Shown: positions 1-7,532, counted from the first letter of the stretch. The stretch: 13,495 nt of DNA from Promethearchaeota archaeon (GCA_018238625.1 JABCSY010000107.1:1-13495), one strand, 5' to 3'. Made by a program: numbers and translations. The notes: a model not told the origin generated them from the sequence alone.

Positions 1-149
1 ACCAAGGTAGGCATTATAGTAAGAATCTCTGAGAAATTCATAAAAATATACGCATTAATATCTACAATCACGTTATAAAAGGATTCTATAAAAAGGTTGA
101 ATACAATTCCAACAAGGAAAATTGAACTTATGTTTTGGTATCTCGGCAT
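1..149 (-). CDS. 5' part of a probable membrane protein gene, running off the window start
   Basis: Not in the ORF track. ATG at 149 on the minus strand opens 49 stop-free codons to the edge (MPRYQNISSIFLVGIVFNLFIESFYNVIVDINAYIFMNFSEILTIMPTL), hydrophobic, divergent from the 302 gene across an AT-rich spacer. Confidence 0.6.
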   Translation of the reverse strand, partial: MPRYQNISSIFLVGIVFNLFIESFYNVIVDINAYIFMNFSEILTIMPTL

Positions 150-301
150 TTTTTATCAAAAATAGTTTTTAATTAATTTTTAAAAAAAATATTGTTCATG
201 AAAATATCTGGTTCGCCATCATTTTTATAGTTTAATTCATTTATTTTTTTTCAAACCTCTAAGTAAGAAGTATTAATTATATTGATTTCTAAAATGAAAT
301 T

Positions 302-1051
302 ATGAGTTTCTGGTGTATTTTTTTCGCAACTATAGGAATTGTTGTAATTTTAATTATTATATTTGGATTTCCTCGAAAAAAAAGAAGTCCACGAAAACCC
401 AATATTGAGGGTCTTGATAGTCCTGAGGTTGCTAAAGCATTTGAGAAAATGACAAACATTCTTCCATTTAGATTGTTACGAAAAAAAGTAATATCTAAAC
501 TGAAGGATTTTAACCCAAAAGGGACATTAGTTGACCTTGGATGCGGTTCTGGAAATTTATTAATTCAAATTGCAGAGAGTTTTCCAGATCTCAATTTAAT
601 TGGGATTGATATTGCCTCTGAAATTCTTGAATTTGCAAAAAAACGAGCACTTGATAGAGGTTTGGGTGAAAGGATTGAATTTAAAATTGGAAACGTTGAA
701 AAATTACCTTTTTCAAATGAATCAATTGATTTTATCATAAGTACTTTTTCACTTCATCATTGGGTGAATCCCTTAAAAGGATTTAATGAGATACATCGCG
801 TTTTAAAAAGAGACGGGATGCTATTAATATTTGATTTTCGACGTGATTCACGCAGATTTTTTTATGGTTTTTTAACATTTATAACTAAAGTCGTTGCTCC
901 AAAAGCTTTAAAAGAAGTACATGAACCTTTGGGATCAATTCAATCTAGTTATACATATAATGAGATTTTTCAGCTCATTTCTCAAACTAATTTCCAAATT
1001 CCTAAGGTTAAAACATTTCTCGCTTGGATGTTCATTAGTATTAAAAAATGA
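302..1051 (+). CDS. Class I SAM-dependent methyltransferase (Methyltransf_11/UbiE-like) with N-terminal membrane anchor
   Basis: Motif I VDLGCGSG, post-I GIDIA, motif II GNVEKLPF..ESIDFII, SLHHW and RVLKRDG. The N-terminal hydrophobic helix is followed by basic RKKRSPRK. Confidence 0.9.
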   Translation: MSFWCIFFATIGIVVILIIIFGFPRKKRSPRKPNIEGLDSPEVAKAFEKMTNILPFRLLRKKVISKLKDFNPKGTLVDLGCGSGNLLIQIAESFPDLNLIGIDIASEILEFAKKRALDRGLGERIEFKIGNVEKLPFSNESIDFIISTFSLHHWVNPLKGFNEIHRVLKRDGMLLIFDFRRDSRRFFYGFLTFITKVVAPKALKEVHEPLGSIQSSYTYNEIFQLISQTNFQIPKVKTFLAWMFISIKK

Positions 1052-1065
1052 ATTAAAGTTTTAAT

Positions 1066-2028
1066 TCATAATGGAGATGATTGCTTAGCTTCTATCATTT
1101 TAATATTATCATTCTGAATTTTTTCTTTTTCCTCTTTTGTTAGCTTTTCCGTTCTTTCTTTCCTGAAAATCATAATAAATTGGTGCGAGATACTGGGAAT
1201 CCACGAATAGTTAATCCCATAAAGATGGAGCTTTTTATTTACATCGTACCAAACGATTTCTCCTTTTAATACAAAACCAATCTGGCTTAAAATTCGTGCG
1301 ATGTCGGCGTTTAAAAGAAGGTATTGCCCATTATGGTACATGTTTCCGATAAATACAGCGCAATATCGTCCTGGCTTTAAAAGAGTGAAACATTTTGTAA
1401 AAACACTTTTGATCAACAACTCCCATTCTTCTTTAGTTCGCTTAATATGTTCGGAACCATCGCTAAATCTAGATAATTTCGATTTATCTGAATACACACC
1501 TTTTGACTCTTCCCCTACTTTTTTGTACACTCCTTTCGATTTCTCAACGATGTCCATCTTCCAATAAGGGACATCTGTTAAGATAAAATCAAATTTATTA
1601 TTATTTCTGGCGATTAAATTTTGAAGTATCTCACGAGAATCTCCATGAATCACTTTATGAGGCTCAACAGCCTCCAAATCGCACACATTATAATAAATAT
1701 CAATCCATTCCTTATTTATTTCAACGCCAATACCATTTCGTTTGCTCAAAGAACAGCCAAATAACGTCCCTCCAACGCCAGAAAAAGGATCTAGCACTAG
1801 TTCTCCTTCTTTTGTAAACGTTTTAATAATCATTTCACATAATTCTGGAGGTTTTTGTCCACCGTGTTTATTTCTAAGCTTAAGTTGAAAGCTAGGAGGA
1901 AAACCTTTTGGAATTACAGACTTAGTTGAAAATACCCATTCTTTGCCTGTCAAATCGTTAAGCTGATTTGCTAAATCGTAAAAGCCGCGCGACTTTCCAC
2001 TTTCAGAAAATAATTCTATTTTTTTAAT
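1066..2028 (-). CDS. Orphan N6-adenine/N4-cytosine methyltransferase (N6_N4_Mtase-like, permuted motif order); the start is probably upstream of the TTG at 1953 used by the track
   Basis: H..QKP.EL...II..FTKEGELVLDPFSGVGGT (motif X/I), GVEIN, FDFILTDVPYW (motif IV variant) and LLKPGRY. The frame stays open upstream of 1953 (IKKIELFSESGKSRGFYDLANQLNDLTGKEW). AGGTGAG (2041-2035) precedes an in-frame ATT at 2028, with 7 nt between GGTGA and the ATT. Confidence 0.82.
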   Translation of the reverse strand: MKKIELFSESGKSRGFYDLANQLNDLTGKEWVFSTKSVIPKGFPPSFQLKLRNKHGGQKPPELCEMIIKTFTKEGELVLDPFSGVGGTLFGCSLSKRNGIGVEINKEWIDIYYNVCDLEAVEPHKVIHGDSREILQNLIARNNNKFDFILTDVPYWKMDIVEKSKGVYKKVGEESKGVYSDKSKLSRFSDGSEHIKRTKEEWELLIKSVFTKCFTLLKPGRYCAVFIGNMYHNGQYLLLNADIARILSQIGFVLKGEIVWYDVNKKLHLYGINYSWIPSISHQFIMIFRKERTEKLTKEEKEKIQNDNIKMIEAKQSSPL

Positions 2029-2113
2029 CCAACACTCACCTAACTAAGAGATTTTGGGAAATATAGTACATTGGTAATTCATTTAGATTTAAAGAAAATT
2101 TTAAATATTAACA

Positions 2114-2140
2114 GATTAATAAGTATTAATCCATTAATAC
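2114..2140. promoter_or_regulatory. Two interlocked perfect inverted repeats in the divergent methyltransferase/gelsolin spacer (candidate operator)
   Basis: GATTAATA-AG-TATTAATC (2114-2131) overlaps GTATTAAT-CC-ATTAATAC (2123-2140), giving three ATTAAT hexamers. Confidence 0.4.
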
Positions 2141-2238
2141 GTCCGATCGAAATGAAGCAATGATATATTAGATAAAGATTTTTAAACTTTAATTGAATCT
2201 ATTTTTATAATCTCACATCTTTGGATCAGTGATAGTTA

Positions 2239-3084
2239 ATGAAATTATTGACAATTAATGAAAAAGGCGATTTAATCGAATTAAATAAATTAGAATTTGA
2301 TAACCAGAGCGTGTATCTTATTGACGATGTTAAGAAAAATACAGTATTTATCTGGGTAGGACTTGATGTTCCTCAATTTAAAAAAGATATAACGGCAGCT
2401 TGGGCTAGAAAATTCGATAATGACCGGGGAGGTGCCTGTAAAATTTTGATAATGAAGCAAGATAGAGAATACGGATCGTTTCTATCTATGATGGACGAAT
2501 TAAAAAAAGGGTTAATACCGGGTGAAACAATCGAACGCAGACCCGAATTAATATTAAAGGAACCTACTGAATCTCCAAAACCCGTGTTCGATACAGAGGC
2601 TCAAGATGAAGCGGAGGATGAGTCTGGAGCGAGGATATCGGCGGGGTTGGCACAGTTGGAAGAATATAACAAATTAGAAATTGAAGCACCAGTAGACGAA
2701 CCAGACGAAACGGTAATAGTATTGGAGTCGCTGGGATTTGAAGAGGAAGTTGAAGAAATAGTAGAAGAAGTAGTTGAAGTAGTAGTTGAAGAGGATGTTG
2801 ATGAAGAAGATGAGGAGGAGGAGATTGGTCTCGAATCGCAAATTAAAGAAGGAGCCTATTACCTTTCTCTAAAAAAATACTCATACAATGATTTGTGCTG
2901 GCTGTTAGCAGAAACAATTCAAAATATAAATCTTGGGATGCCTTCTCTTGAGGAAATTAGGAAGAAAGCAGAGGAAGTTTTCAACTCGTCGAGTACATAC
3001 GATGAGTTGTGTTGGTTAAATGCGGAAATGGATCTTTTAATCAAGCAGCATTATCTTGAACAAGAAAAAAGAGAGTTTTTTTAA
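2239..3084 (+). CDS. Asgard-type gelsolin-domain protein with acidic linker and C-terminal tandem helical repeat
   Basis: Residues 1-88 show the gelsolin-repeat pattern (F....VYLID.....VFIWVG......K......A...D..RGG...I....Q..E...F). A very Glu/Asp-rich linker follows, then two repeats, IKEGAYYLSLKKYSYNDLCWLLAE and IRKKAEEVFNSSSTYDELCWLNAE. GTGA RBS lies at 2229-2232. Confidence 0.8.
   Translation: MKLLTINEKGDLIELNKLEFDNQSVYLIDDVKKNTVFIWVGLDVPQFKKDITAAWARKFDNDRGGACKILIMKQDREYGSFLSMMDELKKGLIPGETIERRPELILKEPTESPKPVFDTEAQDEAEDESGARISAGLAQLEEYNKLEIEAPVDEPDETVIVLESLGFEEEVEEIVEEVVEVVVEEDVDEEDEEEEIGLESQIKEGAYYLSLKKYSYNDLCWLLAETIQNINLGMPSLEEIRKKAEEVFNSSSTYDELCWLNAEMDLLIKQHYLEQEKREFF
2740..2823 (+). 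repeat. Low-complexity GAA/GTA/GAT coding tract (poly-Glu/Val/Asp linker)
   Basis: Encodes EEEVEEIVEEVVEVVVEEDVDEEDEEEE from imperfect gaagaa/gtagtt units. Confidence 0.7.
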
Positions 3085-3110
3085 ATAAATTAAGCAAGGC
3101 TTGATTTGTT

Positions 3111-3680
3111 CTATTCCTTTTTGTAATCTCTTCCTATGTGCCAAGCTCTTCCTATAGGTTCCCCGATTTTCCAATAGTTAAGGTCGCTCATAGAAAAAAA
3201 CATAGGTTTCACTTTTTTAATGTCGGGAATTCCATTTGTCAAGAACTTCTCTTCAGCGTAAGCTTGGACGATTTCTCCAAGAAAAATATCGTGTCCTTTT
3301 CCAGTTTCTACGATCTGGACAACTTTACATTCTAGATTTAACGGTGCGTCCTTAATCATAGGGGCAGTTTTTAATTCTCCATAAAAAACTTCAAATACAT
3401 CAGATTTGTCTACTTCTTTACCAGATTTTATTCCACAATAATCAGTTGGCAATATTATATCTTCAGAAGGTGTGTTGACGCTAAACGTTTTGTTTTTCCT
3501 TATACCTATATTAGTGTAATGACCTTGATTAGAAGAAATAGATATCATAGGTGGTTTATGTTCTACAATACTAACCCAACCAATTGGCATAAAGTTTGGT
3601 TTTCCCTCTACATTTGCTCCTACGACTACAACTGGCATGGGGTATAGATATGCTCCAGGTTTAATTTTATTTTTAGTCAT
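3111..3680 (-). CDS. Flavin reductase family protein (flavoredoxin-like, FMN-binding split barrel)
   Basis: YPMPVVVVGA....PNFM...W, PPMISIS, HYTN.GI......FSVN.P, DYCGIKSG..VDK, APMIKDAPLNLECKV and HDIFLGEIV. Confidence 0.92.
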   Translation of the reverse strand: MTKNKIKPGAYLYPMPVVVVGANVEGKPNFMPIGWVSIVEHKPPMISISSNQGHYTNIGIRKNKTFSVNTPSEDIILPTDYCGIKSGKEVDKSDVFEVFYGELKTAPMIKDAPLNLECKVVQIVETGKGHDIFLGEIVQAYAEEKFLTNGIPDIKKVKPMFFSMSDLNYWKIGEPIGRAWHIGRDYKKE

Positions 3681-3795
3681 TTTAATCTCGCGTTTAATGT
3701 TTTTCGGTTTATAGATGTAACATAAAATTAGGCTTAAGAATTAAAATTATTTTGTTATAATTTAAAAATTAAATAAAAGAGAGTAAGTTTAGAAA

Positions 3796-4131
3796 TTACG
3801 CTTTAACCATGATTAGCATCATTTTAAATCGTTCAAGAGCTTTGAGAGCGTGCGGCTCGTTAGCTGGCATGGTGATCATCTGCCCAGAATTTAAAATGTA
3901 AGACTTTTTAGAAATTATAATTTCCGCTTTTCCATTAAAAACATATACTAACGCATCAAATGGAGCAGTATGTTCGCTTAAACCTTGATCTTTGTCGAAC
4001 GAGAATAAAGTTACTGAGCCTACTTTTTTATTGACTAACATTCTACTAACAACAGAACCCTCTTGATAATCAAGTAAGCTTTCTAAATTTAGGATTTCAG
4101 CATTTTCTTTATTTCGGTTGGTTTCACTCAT
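3796..4131 (-). CDS. Cupin domain protein (about 111 aa; start revised to ATG 4131)
   Basis: DYQEGSVVSR, TLFSFDKDQGLSEHTAPFDALVYV..G.AEI and G....MPANEPHALKA match cupin motifs 1 and 2. GTGA precedes ATG 4131, and the 34 extra residues in the track look like intergenic DNA. Confidence 0.9.
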   Translation of the reverse strand: MSETNRNKENAEILNLESLLDYQEGSVVSRMLVNKKVGSVTLFSFDKDQGLSEHTAPFDALVYVFNGKAEIIISKKSYILNSGQMITMPANEPHALKALERFKMMLIMVKA

Positions 4132-4295
4132 ATTTTTCACTTTTAAGTATTTGCATTTTATTTTTAATCTTGATAGTTGTAAGACATATATAAAACTAGA
4201 TTCGAACATGTTATTTGAAGTATTTAAAAACAATTACTTCCATCTTATAAAACTCAATTATCAACTTTTTAAATTAATAATTATAGAGATATAGT

Positions 4296-5420
4296 ATGGT
4301 ACAAGAAAGATTAGATTTATATAGAGAATTACAGAAGCATCTTGATAAAATGCCGGTTGGTTATCCAGCTACAGAATCAGGTATTGAAATCAAAATTTTG
4401 AAGCATCTCTTCACTCCTGAACATGTCAGAATCTCACTAAAATTGAATTTTATGGCAGATCCTTTAAGAAAGATTTACAGGAGATTGAAAAAAAGCGGTT
4501 TCTCTTTGGAAGAATTAGAGAGCAAGCTAGACGATATGTATTTCAAGGGTTTAATTAATCGAGGAGTTGTAAAAGATGGAGAAACAGAGGTTAAGTATTA
4601 TGGTAGCGCTCCTTTAGTAGTAGGCATGTTTGAATATCAATTGAATAGGTTGACGCCTGAATTTTTTAAAGATGCTCATGAATACATAAAAAATACATTT
4701 TTTAACGAAGAGTATAATAGTACGGGTATACCTCAATTACGCGTGATCCCAATAGATCAGACTGTCAATTACGAACAGTCAATTGCTCAATACGACGATT
4801 TAAAAACACTTATTGAAAGTATCGGAGAACCAATTGCGGTTATGGAATGTATCTGTCGAAAGGGAGCGGATCTTATAGAAGAACCATGTACAAAGACAGA
4901 ATTACGCGAATCTTGCTTTTCCTTCAGAACCGCTGCTAAGAGTTTTATAGAAAAAGGTTTAGCTCGAGAAATTACGAAAGAAGAAGCTTTCAAAATCTTA
5001 GAAAAAGCAGAAGAAGATGGTTTAGTGCTTCAACCTGGAAATTCTCAGAGGCCAATGAGTATATGTACCTGTTGTGGCTGTTGTTGTGGTGTACTCACAA
5101 GCCAAAAACAGCTGCCTGAATTATCGCATTTTTTCGCCACTAATTATTACGCTGAAGTGGACCCAGAATTATGTGTAGGGTGTGGAATCTGTGAGGATAG
5201 ATGCAATTTAGATGCTATTAATATCGAAGACAATATCGCGCAAGTAGATAAAGGAAGGTGCATTGGCTGTGGTGTTTGCGTCCCTACTTGTACCTCAGAA
5301 GCAATGAAGCTTTTTAAGAAAGAAGAAGAGACACTTCCTCCAAGGAATACGCTGGCAACTTATATGACAATTATGGATAAAAAAGCAGAGTTAGCCAGAG
5401 CTGAAAAAACTCAAATTTAA
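4296..5420 (+). CDS. Cys-rich iron-sulfur protein, paralog 1 (wHTH-like N-terminus, CxCR...CTCCxCCC domain, C-terminal 2x[4Fe-4S] ferredoxin)
   Basis: ECICRK, PC...ESCFSF, AEEDGLV, ICTCCGCCCG, CVGCGICEDRC and CIGCGVCVPTC. Confidence 0.9.
   Translation: MVQERLDLYRELQKHLDKMPVGYPATESGIEIKILKHLFTPEHVRISLKLNFMADPLRKIYRRLKKSGFSLEELESKLDDMYFKGLINRGVVKDGETEVKYYGSAPLVVGMFEYQLNRLTPEFFKDAHEYIKNTFFNEEYNSTGIPQLRVIPIDQTVNYEQSIAQYDDLKTLIESIGEPIAVMECICRKGADLIEEPCTKTELRESCFSFRTAAKSFIEKGLAREITKEEAFKILEKAEEDGLVLQPGNSQRPMSICTCCGCCCGVLTSQKQLPELSHFFATNYYAEVDPELCVGCGICEDRCNLDAINIEDNIAQVDKGRCIGCGVCVPTCTSEAMKLFKKEEETLPPRNTLATYMTIMDKKAELARAEKTQI
5142..5197 (+). repeat. 56-bp near-perfect direct repeat, copy 1 (partner at 7180-7235)
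   Basis: aattattacgctgaagtggacccagaattatgtgtAgggtgtggaatctgtgagga; 55/56 identical to copy 2. Confidence 0.9.
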
Positions 5421-5437
5421 TAATTTTCTCTAATAAT

Positions 5438-6208
5438 TTAAGATTTCAAATTTTTAATTTCTAATTTTAATTTATTTAGAAATCTTAAGATCATTAATCC
5501 ATCAATTGATATCATGTATTTTCCTTCAGACTTTTCAATATAGCCTACATCCATGAGACTTTTTAGGTGGTGTATCAAATGTCCTCCCTTTATGCCAATT
5601 TCTTTTTCTAATTGAGTATAATACTTTCCTCCTTTGCTAAGTGTTTTCAAAATAACAAGTCTTTTTTCGTTCGATAATGGGGCTATTAATTTACAGAGCT
5701 CTTTTTCGGCCCCTTCCTCAAAGCTTAATTCATAACTTATTGATAATAATTCTTTAGTCCGAGATAATGAAGAATCGAAAGATGTATTTATTAAATTTGC
5801 TAAAGTTTTGAAAATATTATAGATATTACTAAAACACTTTTTATCAGGGCAATTTTCTTCTTTAGATAGTTTCATTGCGTCGTTCCTAAAACCTTTAATG
5901 TAATCTAATGCTTCCGAGGGACCACTATCAATAAAAATTCTTAATATCTTAAAGATAGCTTTTTCCGCGATTGTAGTACATTTATCAGTAATATGACAGT
6001 GATTTGGTCTTTCTTTTAAGAAATGATCAAAGTTTTTATCAGCTTCAGTAGTTAATTGAACGAGAAATTCTTTTGTTAATTCATTTCTATTAATAATTTC
6101 AAATTTTTCTTTTAAATTTAATATTATATCTTGTAAAAAAACTATTTTTTTGTTTAATACTTCTAAGTTATCATCAAAATTATCAAATCTAGTTTCAAAT
6201 TTCTCCAT
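5438..6208 (-). CDS. ArsR-type winged-HTH transcriptional regulator with N-terminal coiled-coil and Cys-containing putative sensor region
   Basis: C-terminal PLSNEKRLVILKTL......YTQLEKEIGIKGGHLIHHLKSLMDVGYI.....Y.IS..G is an ArsR-like wHTH. Upstream are the Cys pairs CHITDKC and CPDKKC. The gene is divergent from Fe-S paralog 2. Confidence 0.85.
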   Translation of the reverse strand: MEKFETRFDNFDDNLEVLNKKIVFLQDIILNLKEKFEIINRNELTKEFLVQLTTEADKNFDHFLKERPNHCHITDKCTTIAEKAIFKILRIFIDSGPSEALDYIKGFRNDAMKLSKEENCPDKKCFSNIYNIFKTLANLINTSFDSSLSRTKELLSISYELSFEEGAEKELCKLIAPLSNEKRLVILKTLSKGGKYYTQLEKEIGIKGGHLIHHLKSLMDVGYIEKSEGKYMISIDGLMILRFLNKLKLEIKNLKS

Positions 6209-6266
6209 AGCAATTACTTTTCTACTAATTTATAGACCGATTAAACTTTTCAATATATTTCATTAT

Positions 6267-6280
6267 TAGTTATATAACTA
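6267..6280. promoter_or_regulatory. Perfect 14-bp palindrome TAGTTATATAACTA, candidate operator of the adjacent ArsR-type regulator
   Basis: Exact palindrome near the middle of the 128-bp divergent spacer (6209-6336). Confidence 0.5.
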
Positions 6281-6306
6281 TATATATTTATAGTAAATTC
6301 AATAGA

Positions 6307-6314
6307 TTTATATA
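6307..6314 (+). promoter_or_regulatory. Archaeal TATA box (TTTATATA) for Fe-S paralog 2, probably giving a leaderless mRNA
   Basis: Starts 30 nt before ATG 6337, and no GGTGA-type RBS is present. Confidence 0.45.
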
Positions 6315-6336
6315 GAAAATAGAATAAATACTTTTT

Positions 6337-7452
6337 ATGACCGATCAAAAATTAGATGTATATCGAGAATTGCAAAAACATCTTGATAAAATGCCAATAG
6401 GATATCCCGCAACAGAGTCTGGCGTGGAATTACGCGTGTTAAAACATCTTTTTACTTCTGAAGAGGCTAAGGTTGCTGCTAAATTGAATTCTACACCCGA
6501 ACCACTAAAAAGAATTTATAAAAGAATCAAAAAAAGTGGTATGACAATCTCCGAACTCGAAGAAAAATTAGATAAGATGTATTCTAAAGGCGTAATTAAT
6601 TTTGGAACTAATAAAGAAGGAAATGAAATTGTAAAATATTATGCGAATGCTGCTTTGGTAATTGGGATGTTTGAATTTCAACTAAATCACCTTACAAAAG
6701 AATTCATAGAAGATGTTAACGAATATTTTGAGGAAGCTTTTATGGATGAGTATAATAAATCGGGAATTCCTCAATTACGAACGATCCCAATTGGACAAAG
6801 CGTTGATTATGAACAAAAGATTTCATCTTATGACGAATTGAGAACTTTAATTGATAATATTGGCGAGCCTATTGCAGTAGCGGAGTGTATATGTAGAAAG
6901 GGTGAAGACCTTCTCAATAACCCTTGTAAAAGAACCGAAATACGCGAATCGTGCTTCTCTTTTCGGAGAGCCGCTGAGTTTTATATAGAAAAGGGTCTAG
7001 GTCGAAAAATTACCAAAGAAGAAGCTCTTAAAATTTTGGAGAAGGCTGAGGAAGATGGATTGGTCATCCAACCAGCAAATTCTCAACGACCAATGAATAT
7101 TTGTACTTGTTGTGATTGTTGTTGCCATATTTTAAGAAATCAAAGTAGATATCCCGAACCAGCTCGTCTTTTTGCCACCAATTATTACGCTGAAGTGGAC
7201 CCAGAATTATGTGTGGGGTGTGGAATCTGTGAGGAGCGTTGCAATATGGATGCAGTTCATGTTGAAGATAATATCGCCCAAGTAAATAAAATGCAGTGTA
7301 TTGGTTGCGGCGTTTGTATACCTACTTGTACATCGGAAGCTATAAAACTTTATAAGAAGGATGTAGAAACGCTTCCTCCAAAAAATACATTTGAAACTTA
7401 CATGACAATTATGGATAAAAAGGCAGAAAAAGCGAGAGCACAAAAAATTTAA
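6337..7452 (+). CDS. Cys-rich iron-sulfur protein, paralog 2
   Basis: Collinear with 4296-5420 (roughly two thirds identical by eye). Motifs ECICRK, ICTCCDCCCH, CVGCGICEERC and CIGCGVCIPTC. Confidence 0.9.
   Translation: MTDQKLDVYRELQKHLDKMPIGYPATESGVELRVLKHLFTSEEAKVAAKLNSTPEPLKRIYKRIKKSGMTISELEEKLDKMYSKGVINFGTNKEGNEIVKYYANAALVIGMFEFQLNHLTKEFIEDVNEYFEEAFMDEYNKSGIPQLRTIPIGQSVDYEQKISSYDELRTLIDNIGEPIAVAECICRKGEDLLNNPCKRTEIRESCFSFRRAAEFYIEKGLGRKITKEEALKILEKAEEDGLVIQPANSQRPMNICTCCDCCCHILRNQSRYPEPARLFATNYYAEVDPELCVGCGICEERCNMDAVHVEDNIAQVNKMQCIGCGVCIPTCTSEAIKLYKKDVETLPPKNTFETYMTIMDKKAEKARAQKI
7180..7235 (+). repeat. 56-bp near-perfect direct repeat, copy 2 (partner at 5142-5197)
   Basis: aattattacgctgaagtggacccagaattatgtgtGgggtgtggaatctgtgagga; a single synonymous A/G difference (5177 vs 7215). 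Confidence 0.9.
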
Positions 7453-7532
7453 TATTTATAATTATATTTTAATAGAATCCGAGTTTTTGTAAAACAGTTT
7501 TATAACATAATTCTAAAAATAGCCTGTTTAAT

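Noticed and set aside
2044-2082. Pyrrolysine read-through of the TAG upstream of the methyltransferase as the main model
   Set aside because: TAG serves as an ordinary stop for the flavin reductase (3111-3113), no pyl genes are in the window, and the RBS-ATT arrangement explains the frame more simply.
1066-3084. Methyltransferase plus neighbour as a restriction-modification system
   Set aside because: Neither neighbour shows nuclease motifs; they are a small-molecule methyltransferase and a gelsolin-domain protein.
4132-4233. 34-aa N-terminal extension of the cupin given in the ORF track
   Set aside because: It overlaps the divergent promoter region, and a GTGA RBS supports ATG 4131.
5142-7235. 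56-bp repeat pair as a diversity-generating retroelement TR/VR pair
   Set aside because: There is only one mismatch and it is synonymous. Both copies are at homologous positions in coding paralogs, and no reverse transcriptase is nearby.
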